DNA of 64,000 nt from Balanoglossus misakiensis (lineage: Eukaryota > Animalia > Hemichordata). The notes below the pieces were generated by a model. That model saw only the letters and a list, made by a program, of their open reading frames with translations. It made no database searches and was not told the origin of the DNA. The stretch lies in assembly GCA_040954595.2 (NCBI GenBank), contig CM082577.2, positions 12,371,654-12,435,653 on the forward strand. Reading direction: 5' to 3'. The position numbers and the translations under genes are program-made. Shown here piece by piece: positions 36,501 through 48,500 of this stretch (its first letter is position 1; every line of letters starts with the position of its first letter).

Positions 36501-39500
36501 TCATATCTGCTTGCAATGTCACCAGTAATTTTTATTCTGGTGTATCCCTATTTCTGCGTAATCCTCGAATGGGACCACAGTGTCCTTGACGCTATTTTTT
36601 CATTATCGTTACTTTTCCTTCTGCTTTAGTTCAATGCTTGCATTTAATGAGGATGTATTTAATGACCAATCAAATTTTGTATTTCTCTAGGAATCAGCCA
36701 GTGATTTAACAGTTCTCCATCTTATGGCCCAAAAGGAGGATCCGGATTATGTAGAGCTATGCCTCAAACTTGAAGCAAAAGTCAATGTCTTAGATAAAGT
36801 AGGTTGATTTGTCTATCCAAATCAAGAGCAACGTTCTGCTCAATTAATTCATATATGTCCTAAACTGCAATGGCAACATGGCTTCATTTAGCTATAATTC
36901 AGATATGTAGATTTTTACACTTTCATGGATACAGAATAAAATTAAATGAAGAATCATAAAAATAATAATTTTAATAATAATAGGTACAATTTCCAAATTT
37001 TTTTCACCTTATAGATAATTGGCACAAAAAAGATATCTGTTTTGAGGACACATATGTTACAACAAGTCTCAGTGATGCAAGATAACTTTTGATTGTACTC
37101 TTATGTAAAGACCCGGGCACGCAAAGGCAAATATGCATCACATTGTCACCTAAATTCAAGAACCATAGCTCCACTCCTAAATTCCATTTGAAAGAAATGC
37201 TTTGTCCATTTTGTCAAATGCAATGTTACATTGAGGTTAGAAACAGAGCACTCATGTATTTGGCATGGATAAAGACTTCCAGATGAAAATTTCCTTCACT
37301 CAGAGATCATTTCCCACCCATAGTCCATATTTCATGTAAGAGGCTTTCCATCTGCAACCGAATACCCTCCCTTGCCATTTATAAACTTTAAACTTTAAAC
37401 TTTTCTCAATAGAATGGCCGCACTCCCTTGTACTATGCAGTACTGAACAAGAATACAGAGACAGTGAAAATTCTCCTTGCTGCAAAAGCCAACTTTATCG
37501 CCGAAAATACGGTAGGTTTATAAACCAACTATGATAACATTTTTAGGTCCCATTGGTATACACTACAGACTGAATGTCCTGCACATGGCGCGCTTGCCTT
37601 GCGCGCTCAGTGGCTTGCTGCGCGCGCCAGGGGGCTCGGTCCCTCCGGGCCCAGCAGGCCCATGGGCCCGCAGGGCTTGCTAATTAAATGTGTTTGGTGG
37701 GCCCGCATTCGGGCCCACTGGGCCCAGCTAGCCCATGGGCCCACTGCGCTTGCTGTGTTTGGTGGGCCCGAATGAACACATGAGAAGTCTGCCAGTCTTA
37801 GAATGAGAAGAAGGCATGTTTGAGAATTCTGGAGTTAAGAATTGGGCTAGCATGTCACCCGTCGGAATAAATTAGACGTTTCGTGTGTGTCTGCACATGG
37901 ACGTAAAAAGAGATGGTCTGCATGTGTCCGAGATGTAATCAATGTGTCATGGTTTGCCACGACAAATTCTAGCTCAGTCTTCTTGATCGGGCCTAGATTG
38001 ATCATTGCAACCTAATCATCAAAGTTAGCAAACATGTAAGATCGTTCGCGTTTGCCTGAGGTTCTACCTCCATTACTCGATCGGACTGTGACTCGATCTC
38101 TCTTTGTGATGTGATGTCGTCGATCGACGCCATGTTTGTTTTAATACATGATTGTACAATCACGCGTAGCTATGGTCTGACGCAGGGACTCTACCTGTTT
38201 CATCGCCTGATAAATTAGATGGATATTCTCAAGACAATAGAATGTATATTGTGTTCTGATTGCATTCTTCGTGTATCAAACTTTTATTTTATTGATTTCC
38301 TTTTGTTGTCAGCCACATGCTAGTAGCCTTGCCAATAAACAGTCGTGTTTACTCGGTAAACAAGTGGAATCACAGACTTGCCTCAAAAACAAGAGTAGCA
38401 GGTGTAGTTCCTTTCCGTCCCACCTCCATGTAACAACATACAATTCGCATCAAACAAGCACTCCTGAATAACTATGAAATGTCTAGCTTGTGCTTATTCT
38501 GTCAAACTATTGCATAGACTCCAGCCATATTCAATGCCAGTTTAAGTAGATCTTAAACTCACCGTCAGTGAGTTAGATACAGGTGCACACATACATGTAT
38601 GACACTATTGTGAAGTAACATTTCTTTTTATTTTAGAACATGTGAAAAATAATAGGGACAATTTTGAGTTTACATAAATGTTACAAACTATACAGCAAGT
38701 CACATCAGAGTAGAATAAAAATGTCCTCAAGTACAAATAAACAGCAAAACGGAAAAATGCATCGATGTCGGAACTACTAAAGTCGAGAATCAGCTCTGAA
38801 CTTATTCAGTAATCTAGTGCTTGGGGCGGAAACTTTAATGCAGAACACACTCTCTCGATATACAAATATAACTTATTGAAACTCGTTGCCATACGAACAA
38901 ATGACCAGGAACCATCGGACACGGCACAGTCTATATATACATGTACACTGAGAAGCCATAGAGACGTGCATGTTCAAATAGACCTTCTGAATAATGATCC
39001 ATCGAGCAACAACAACAAAAAGGAAAAGATCCTTTGTACTTTAAATACGACCGAACTTTGCGAGGATTATCGGTTTGTCAATACGGTAACAGGTCGTTTC
39101 GGCCCAAAAGATTTTCGATCCCAATCGTTTCGGCCGCCAATTTTCACGACCCCGGTCTGTTCGGCCCCGACACCCCAGTCGTTTCGGTACTTATCGGTAA
39201 TGGCCCAACTAAACTTGGCTCTAGGTCCCCCTGACTCATTGTTGCCTAGTTCAGTAAAGGGGCGATGTCAGTGGGACTGGCAGTGAGGGGCGACAGTGCA
39301 TATTCTCGTTTGTGGTACCATGTGTTTTGAAACACAGGAGTCGACAAATGTGACGTGTAATAATTTGTACACAATTTTCTTTACCCCAATACAAAAATGC
39401 CTTTCAGCACAGAAAAACAACAAAGCAACGCCATTATCGTTAACGCCTAATTGTTTCTCCCAATTTGAAGTGGTCTCTTTCGAAGATAAAGGATTCGTCA

Positions 39501-42500
39501 TGAGAGTTACTCATTGTACAAACTGACCACCTGTCAGACATTGTGGATTTTCCTTACATTTCTGCTTTCTATCCGAGTTACTACCTGTCACCTGTCAGAC
39601 ATTGTGGATTTTCCTTACATTTCTGCTTTCTATCCGAGTGCAGAGCGGGAAAACCCGCTGAGGCTATACCGCTGTCAGAAGAAACAGCGAGGGCTTCGAA
39701 CGTACTTTTATTTTTCACACTTAAATCACTGCTCATAAATTAATGCATCAAAAGTAAAAGTTTCCTTTTTCCTTTTAAATTTAAAAGTATATATGGCCTA
39801 TGTCACGATCAAAATTGCGATTGTGTTTATAACTAGCATAGCTGCAATAATTAGAGTGATGGGTAGCTATTTTCGCTTGGTTGAATCACGGTCACTCCAC
39901 AAGGGTCGCGGACGTAGTCAGATTTATGGACGAAAAAGTCAGAACAATCAAGACCGAGAGTATACTGCGAGCAGTCATACGCATTGATACTCATATGAAA
40001 TCAACAATGAAGAATAATCTGCATAACAGGAAAAAGAAAGCCTACTGACGACTAGCCTGCACATTAGTAAATCACAGGTGTGAATGGGGTGGGCCCCGGG
40101 AGGTAGCCTTTGGTCAGTAGGATCGTACCGGCTACCCCATAAATGTATTTTTCACTAATTTGTGCGATCAAGTTTTTTTCCTCAACATGATCTCCAAAAC
40201 TATAGAGTCTATTGCAGATTCAAAATCATATCCAGGGAATCCACAGATCGCGATTCGTGTTTTCTTGTGTTTATATTTAGCTGGAATAATTGTAACAGCA
40301 CCTTGTCGCTGTTTTTGGTGTAGATGCCCTGCACACTTACATGCAATGGACTGCAGTTACGTTGCGCGGTCGTGATGTAAATTTAGGAAATAGTGATACA
40401 CTGCATCTATTAAAGCTTATCTTTGTTTCAGAGTAAAAATCTACCCGCTTTCTCTGTACTGTATCTCTCAGCGTCCACGGGTGTTACATGTTTATGCTCG
40501 GCCAGCCACGTTCTTCAGGTTGTTATCACCTTTTTGTTCGTCAGTACTTCAAAATAAAATATGTGTGAACTCAATGAACAAAAACTTCTGAAGTCAGTAC
40601 ATTTTTGTCTGTGGTTTGTTTTAAAAATACAATTTGATGCGCCGGTCACTAGGATCCTAGGGTCATAGTTCTGAGTGTCAGGCTCATGAAAACAAGAACA
40701 ATCTATGACTCAAATATTAGATACATACTAGTATTGTAATTTGCGTCTTACAAAGCACAATAATGTGACTTCATCCATTTCCCAAACAGAGAAACTAAGA
40801 CAAATCAGTCAGAGTATCGACCACACTGTTGTCTGTGATCGACAACACGTATACGCGCGTCCGTTCACCGCGACAATAATGTGTGTAACGATCGTTCAAT
40901 TCATTCGATCAGGCACTATGATCATGCCCCCGCCGATTCCACAAGCGCCCACCTTGTCACCAACACCACTCCCACCACGCCCAGCCGCTGATATTACACC
41001 ATCGTTCCAAACTACACTACAGCCGGCAGTACAGCCGATTCTCACGTCTCCGCAGACAACGGGGATGATTGAGACTACTCCGCCTCCACTATGGTTCCCT
41101 CCTATCACCGGGGATGTTCTCATACCAGAATCATATATAGACCGGTGTAAGGTCATAAGTTGCTCTATAGGCAACTTTGCCAAGAACCTTGTGTTTATGG
41201 TTTATTCGCCGAGTGAACGCGCCGGACGTAATTGCACAGGGCGTGTGTTTGGGGGTACCAAACAGAAATTGAAGTTAAGTCCCAGAAGGCTTAAGAAAGT
41301 TGAAGGAGCAACTTTCCGAAAATATTTTAGAAATAATGGACGACGCCCTGACCATTAACGTTTGTTTATGGGCAAGGGCGAGGGGAAAGCCAAAAATTCA
41401 TGGGCGAGGCTTCCGAGCCCATGAATTTTGGCTTTCCTCGAGCCCGTGCCCATAAACAAACGTTTATGGTCAGGGCGGAGTCGGTTATTTCCATTATATT
41501 ACCAACAAAATCAAGAAAACCGTCAAAATTTACGAAAATGTCCCACTAGGGGCCCCGGAACTTGTATTACGCAAAATGTTATATTCACTGAACTGTTTGC
41601 TAATATTACTATTCAGATTTACGGGGATGAAAACAAACCATTACTGAGTATTTGTGGTCAGTGACGTCGTTCATCTCGACTAATTAAAATGTGACGCACA
41701 GGCCATGGTAATATAATCCCACGATTTCCCGCGATCCGCCGAGCGCGACGTGTGGTCAAAACAGTGCATCAAGGCAATCGATAAAGCTCTCCGCCGTTGA
41801 TGTGTTGTTGTTTTTTTTTTGGGGGGGGGGATTTATCAGCATGTTTGTCGGATTGTCATTCTCTCGTTCAGAAAGGAAATGTTCCCTTGCATTTGTACAA
41901 CTAATGTAGTGTAATTGTGTTTTAAATGCTTAATAAAGAAAACTAACACTGACAGTGGACACATTTTGTTCGTAGTGAATTAAACGCCCCTCCCTGAATG
42001 CCTAGTCTGAAATAAAACTTAGGCCGTGTCAATTGACACGCGCGTGTCAATAGCCAGTGCTTGTCGGGCCGGCTATTGACACGCGCGTGTCAATAGCCAG
42101 TGCATAGGGGGCCGGCTATTGACACGCGGGGACTTTAATATTCTCAAATTATTGCCGATTTTTGAAAACCAAAGCACATTTCACATAGTCCATTAAATGA
42201 TTCGTCTTTCCTTCCCCGAAAATCAGATGAAACGAAGTGCAAAACTCCGAAAGTCAAAGCGTAATGTCATAGTTCTTCTACCCGTTCTACGCGTGTACGC
42301 CTGCCGATTCTAAGCTTATCTCCTGACCGTGACACGACTTTTATAAAGCAATGCACATTCCGTATCCTCCGTTGCGAGGTGTAAAATAAAGAAAATCCAA
42401 GTACATGTATTTCGAAGTATGTCAGACTGCACTGGGCAATACGTCATTTTCGTTGCTTCAACCAGGAAAAATCTGACTGCTAGTGCTATGGCATGAAAAT

Positions 42501-45500
42501 GTTAATTTCGGTAATACACATCATTGCACTGGACCCTGCAAGGCATGCATTTGGGGACTAAGTAAGTTGTCACACCACGGTTCAAGTTGTAACGCAACGG
42601 AGGATACGGAATGTGCATTGCTTTATAAAAGTCGTGTCACGGTCAGGAGATAAGCTTAGAATCGGCAGGCGTACACGTGTAGAACGGGTAGAAGAACTAT
42701 GACATTACGCTTTGACTTTCGGAATTTTGCACTTCGTTTCATCTGATTTTCGGGGAAGGAAAGACGAATCATTTAATGGACTATGTGAAATGTGCTTTGG
42801 TTTTCAAAAATCGGCAATAATTTGAGAATATTAAAGTCCCCGCGTGTCAATAGCCGGCCCCCTATGCACTGGCTATTGACACGCGCGTGTCAATAGCCGG
42901 CCCGACAAGCACTGGCTATTGACACGCGCGTGTCAATAGACACTCCGTAAAAACTTATGTTGAGAAGGAGAGTTGTACATTGATTAACGTTTTCAACGGT
43001 GTAGTACCGGTGTAGCAACGATCCAGATACGACTTCGACGGAGAATGCTTTTCGCCTGTGCTGCGCCGGTGTTAATTTTTGACAGCGATGACGGGTGGTT
43101 CAGATCCAGACCGAAGCAAATATACAGTGAGAACGCAAAGCACAACCCTGTCGTGACTTTTGATTATGTTTATCTAGGTAACCTATTGTCTTGGATCAGT
43201 TTCCATTGTTGAGTCAATCACACTGGACGCGAGTGGTTTTCTAGCCACTCGCGGTTAGTCGGGTCTGCAACACTTCTGTCTGCCACCAACTTTAGGTTCT
43301 TTCGATCGCCGAAAAGACGAGGCGTTTTCGATTTGTGGATTAACATCCAGTACTTCTAAACGATATCAAAACGGTCATGAAGAAGACGACAAAGTCGCCT
43401 AGAACGCATATCCAGGTATAGAAACTGAGATATGTTGCAATTACATGTCCTCGACGTCCTCAATTTTTGTTAGTTGCCGTGTTCCTAAACATTGCCATTT
43501 AGACGGCGTTGATCTCAAAACAATGTCCGTTTAGTGTGTGGACGCACACAGATTCTGAGGGCTAATCCCCTGTTAGCAAGAAACAGGAAGTGCTACGATA
43601 TTCGTCATTTTTAAGTTGCTGCAATTGATCTGTAGTTTGTACGTGTATGCTTTACATGTATGCATCTGTGGAAACATAAAACACAGGTTACAAATGAACA
43701 TAAATGACTACATGTACATAGTGTTTTGACCCACTAGCATTCTTTATCTGAATTGGAGGTTGCGCAACTAGACTAGAAAAACCAGAAATGCCATGGGATC
43801 AATCATAGACCCTATGGATCAATCAAACGTGTTTGGGGTTCAAACCGACCGGCTTCCTTAGTGGTAAGCAACCGGTGCGCCAGTAGACTAGCCCACTAGT
43901 TGCTTGGTGATTTTTAAATCTAAATAGTTAAGGTGTTTTCGATGGTTTTTTGTCTTAATAAATAATTTCAATACGTTTTGCGTGCATGCTTGCCTTGAGC
44001 ATGTTTTTGGTAGTGAGGTGAGTTTCGAATTTGGGACTGAGCTTGTGGTTTTGGGTAGCGTGGGTCTACGCGTTCCCTACGCATAATGAAGCCCATAGAC
44101 TTGGAGCAAGTATAGTGCGCCAGGTAAACAAGCGCGCTTCCTGTGACCTGGCTGGCCATGCAAGCCAGGTAGCTCATGAATATTCAGGATGCAAGCCTGG
44201 CGCGCTCAGCAAGCACGCTCACCGGGCCTGGCGAGCAGGGCGAGCCACCTGGCTTGCTGCGTTCAGGAGCAGGCGCGCCAGGTAGAACAGGACATTCAGT
44301 CTGTAGTGTAGGCATATAGACCATGGGACCTTATGGGATCGGTTGCGTCTGTATGTATGGATGTATGTCTGTATGTCCGTCCACATCAAAAACTTGAAAA
44401 CAGCTGTGTGTATCACCTTGATATTTAGTGTGCTGATGCAGGCTGGGCTGTAGATGGGAGTTTGTTCAAATGAAGTTGCCATTGCCAAAAATATGCAAAG
44501 TAGCTGGAAAAATGTGAATTTAGGCAAAAATCAGTAACTCAAGAACTACTGGTCAGATTGCTTTGCAAAGTGGTGTGTATTTACTTTATTGAGTTGTTTT
44601 AATTAGGCAGGAACTCCCCTCTGTGATTCATATAAACACAGCAAATTCCTGAATGATTACATATTAACTGGCTAAGTTTTAAAGAGGCCAGCTGTTCTAT
44701 TTAGTGTATGTACAGTACATATGCCATTGGCAGCTTATGGGTCAGTCAGTGTTGGCCCATTGATCTCTCGCTATGTGTGTGTGTCTGCCTATCTGTATAT
44801 GGCCATGTACTCCGGTGTAGACTTTTTCTTGTGTAATCAATCAATGGGACCACCGTGTCCTTGACGCGATTTTTTAAAATGTAGCCAAATTATCGCCCTG
44901 GGCGACTAATTGGTTCCAAGTGTGCACCTGTCAATTTCCTCATTTTCCAATTAATAGCCCTGGGCGAACTATCAGTAAAACCCGGTATGAGTCAAAAGAA
45001 TTGAAAAGAAACTAATCAACCTTAACTATTGTGGTTTTATTACTCAAACAACTTTTGAATGACTTCACTGTCTTTAAGGGAGCTGCAATTATTTATGACC
45101 TGGGGGTTGGAGGAATCATAGGGGTCACTCAAAAATGGACGGTTGGAAGGTGGGGTTCTCAAAAAATGGAGACGAAGAGGGGGACACTCAATTTTTGGAA
45201 AAGTATCAATTGAACGTATTTCAACTGAAAGATTTATTTGTGTGCTCGTCTTAACATACAAGATATGGATGTATGGTGTAAATTTCCAAATTAGAGTTCA
45301 TTTTGATTTATATGATCCTTTTTTTTACCAACGGAATTTTGGAGTCTTTACAAGACATGCAGTGAAGTGACCTGCTAAAAATGTATTTTCCAGTATGCCG
45401 CATTTTGATTGGTCAATTTATAATTAGTTTGGGTGTGGTCCATGACCCGCATTGGCTGATGTTTTGATATAGTGCGCCAGGTAAACAAGCGCGCTTCCTG

Positions 45501-48500
45501 TGACCTGGCTGGCCATGCAAGCCAGGTAGCTCATGAATATTCAGGATGCAAGCCTGGCGCGCTCAGCAAGCACGCTCACCGGGCCTGGCGAGCAGGGCGA
45601 GCCACCTGGCTTGCTGCGTTCAGGAGCAGGCGCGCCAGGTAGAACAGGACATTCAGTCTGTAGTGTAGGCATATAGACCATGGGACCTTATGGGATCGGT
45701 TGCGTCTGTATGTATGGATGTATGTCTGTATGTCCGTCCACATCAAAAACTTGAAAACAGCTGCGTGTATCACCTTGATATTTAGTGTGCTGATGCAGGC
45801 TGGGCTGTAGATGGGAGTTTGTTCAAATGAAGTTTCCATTGCCAAAAATATGCAAAGTAGCTGGAAAAATGTGAATTTAGGCAAAAATCAGTAACTCAAG
45901 AACTACTGGTCAGATTGCTTTGCAAAGTGGTGTGTATTTACTTTATTGAGTTGTTTTAATTAGGCAGGAACTCCCCTCTGTGATTCATATAAACACAGCA
46001 AATTCCTGAATGATTACATATTAACTGGCTAAGTTTTAAAGAGGCCAGCTGTTCTATTTAGTGTATGTACAGTACATATGCCATTGGCAGCTTATGGGTC
46101 AGTCAGTGTTGGCCCATTGATCTCTCGCTATGTGTGTGTGTCTGCCTATCTGTATATGGCCATGTACTCCGGTGTAGACTTTTTCTTGTGTAATCAATCA
46201 ATGGGACCACCGTGTCCTTGACGCGATTTTTTAAAATGTAGCCAAATTATCGCCCTGGGCGACTAATTGGTTCCAAGTGTGCACCTGTCAATTTCCTCAT
46301 TTTCCAATTAATAGCCCTGGGCGAACTATCAGTAAAACCCGGTATGAGTCAAAAGAATTGCAAAAGAAACTAATCAACCTTAACTATTGTGGTTTTATTA
46401 CTCAAACAACTTTTGAATGACTTCACTGTCTTTAAGGGAGCTGCAATTATTTATGACCTGGGGGTTGGAGGAATCATAGGGGTCACTCAAAAATGGAAGG
46501 TTGGAAGGTGGGGTTCTCAAAAAATGGAGACGAAGAGGGGGACACTCAATTTTTGGAAAAGTATCAATTGAACGTATTTCAACTGAAAGATTTATTTGTG
46601 TGCTGGTCTTAACATACAAGATATGGATGTATGGTGTAAATTTCCAAATTAGAGTTCATTTTGATTTATATGATCCTTTTTTTTACCAACGGAATTTTGG
46701 AGTCTTTACAAGACATGCAGTGAAGTGACCTGCTAAAAATGTATTTTCCAGTATGCCGCATTTTGATTGGTCAATTTATAATTAGTTTGGGTGTGGTCCA
46801 TGACCCGCATTGGCTGATGTTTTGATATGTTTTGATGGTCACTAAAACTTTCTGTGTTAGAAAATTGGGGGGGGGGGGGGTTTACTGCAAATTTTGGAGT
46901 TTCAAGTGACATTCTTCCCCCCCCCCAGGCCGTACATAATGACAGCTTCCTAAGTGATTTTTTTCCCCTTTCTAACAGAATGAATCTCGCATATCGCAAT
47001 CGTTCACGTATTCACACAGACCTATATTCATAGCAGCTGCCATGTATGAAGATTTAAGCTTTGTGAAAGTACTCCAAGATGTTGGTATTGATTTAAATAC
47101 AGCTGATGATGTAAGTAAATTTTAATTTTTCATGTTTTGGGAGAACATTAAATACAAAATAGTTTTGTTCTATAATGAAGCAATAATTTAATTAACGTTC
47201 TATCCTTTGAAAACTTATCTTAGCCTTTTGCCAGGTTCAAAATTGTGACAAATGGAGAATGCTGGCAGGAAACATTAAACACTGATAGAATTGTAAAGCA
47301 TTGAAGATTCTTGTCAGTGCCTCCTATGAATAACAAGTACATTATAATAAGATGATAATTAATTCCGAGAAAGAAGCATTTAATCTTCATGACCTTCAGT
47401 GTCTGTTTTGGTAAAATTTAACACAAAACCTTGCCTGATTTTTGTATACTTTTGGTTGACCCTGTATTACATGTTATTAGGAACTGTAACAGTTAAACAG
47501 GCCAGGTGCTTGTGACATATCATATTTAACCTTGTGCATCAGTTTTGTAATAGTGTGTGAGTTCAACATATAATAACTGCATCACGTACAGGTATAGCAT
47601 TAAATGGATCACAATCTTCAACTGCAGTCTCATTCACTTCTAGAATGATCTGACCGTTCTGCAAGAAGCAGCAAAGGAGGGATATGATAAAGCTGTCACT
47701 GTTTTAATAAAAGCAGGTGTAGAAGTAAACAAAACAGACCAGGTGTGTGTCTTATCCATGACATTTCTGTTGCAGATTTAATATATGTGGTGTCATATTA
47801 CATGTGATATAGAGGGACTGGTGATGGCGGCCATGTATGTCCAGAAAAGTTCAAAACATGTTGCCTATGTTCTCTGTGGTTAATAATCTGTGTTTTCAGT
47901 GGTGGGTCTACAGCCCTATTTGTATGTAGGCACATTTGTGTCAAAATCTTTTGCTATCTTTTACTGTTTACTGTCTTCCCCTATTTTATGTAAAGTTCAT
48001 GATAATGTGGGTGTCATTAAACAATATAGCAATACTGAGATGCAATGAGACATCAAAAAGTAATACATTTTTGTCAGTGGTTTTCCACACCTGCATAATT
48101 GTAGTCTCCGTGACCCAGCTACTCAGTGTTCAACCTACCACATAGCGCAGCAGCCCCCAGCAGAGGGGCTGGGTCACAGAGACTAGCAAAAGGGCAGTGA
48201 TCATAAATTATGTGACCTCATGTAAACTTCCAGTTTTGGCATGGTATATTACAAACTTGCGCCTGCATATTGTGAGTCAGATGCTACACTTCTATTAAAC
48301 TTGTCAACTTACCCTTTAAACATGGAGATTTAAAGTGCCTATGACATGCCCTATACAACCACGCGTAAAATCACTCTTTGGGTCTTGAAGTTAACGTATG
48401 TTACTATCTGGCATTGCGTATCACCCTCTGTGCTTAGATAACAGGCAAGTAAAAGTGGCGAGTGGGCGTGTACTCCTAACCCAACTCAGTCGATTTTTTT

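Larger units (their letters stand above)
37561..44308. mobile_element. CACTA/EnSpm (CMC) non-autonomous element, 6.75 kb
   Basis: Perfect 21-bp TIR cactacagactgaatgtcctg / caggacattcagtctgtagtg, 2-bp TSD ta, GC-rich subterminal repeats, no transposase ORF recognised. Confidence 0.85.
37543..44875 (+). mobile_element. HINE family A short form, split by the CACTA element between its 5' subTIR and IR
   Basis: ttaggtcccattggtata| ... |taggcatatagaccatgggaccttatgggatc. Confidence 0.78.

Noticed and set aside
38876-39286. 136-aa ORF and gtttcggcc short repeats inside the CACTA element as its transposase
   Set aside because: No recognisable motif. The repeats look like one end of another truncated element whose partner end I could not find.
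3969-46925. Long poly-G/poly-C tracts as a regulatory G-quadruplex system
   Set aside because: Most lie at fixed subterminal positions of the TEs described; nothing links them to the gene.
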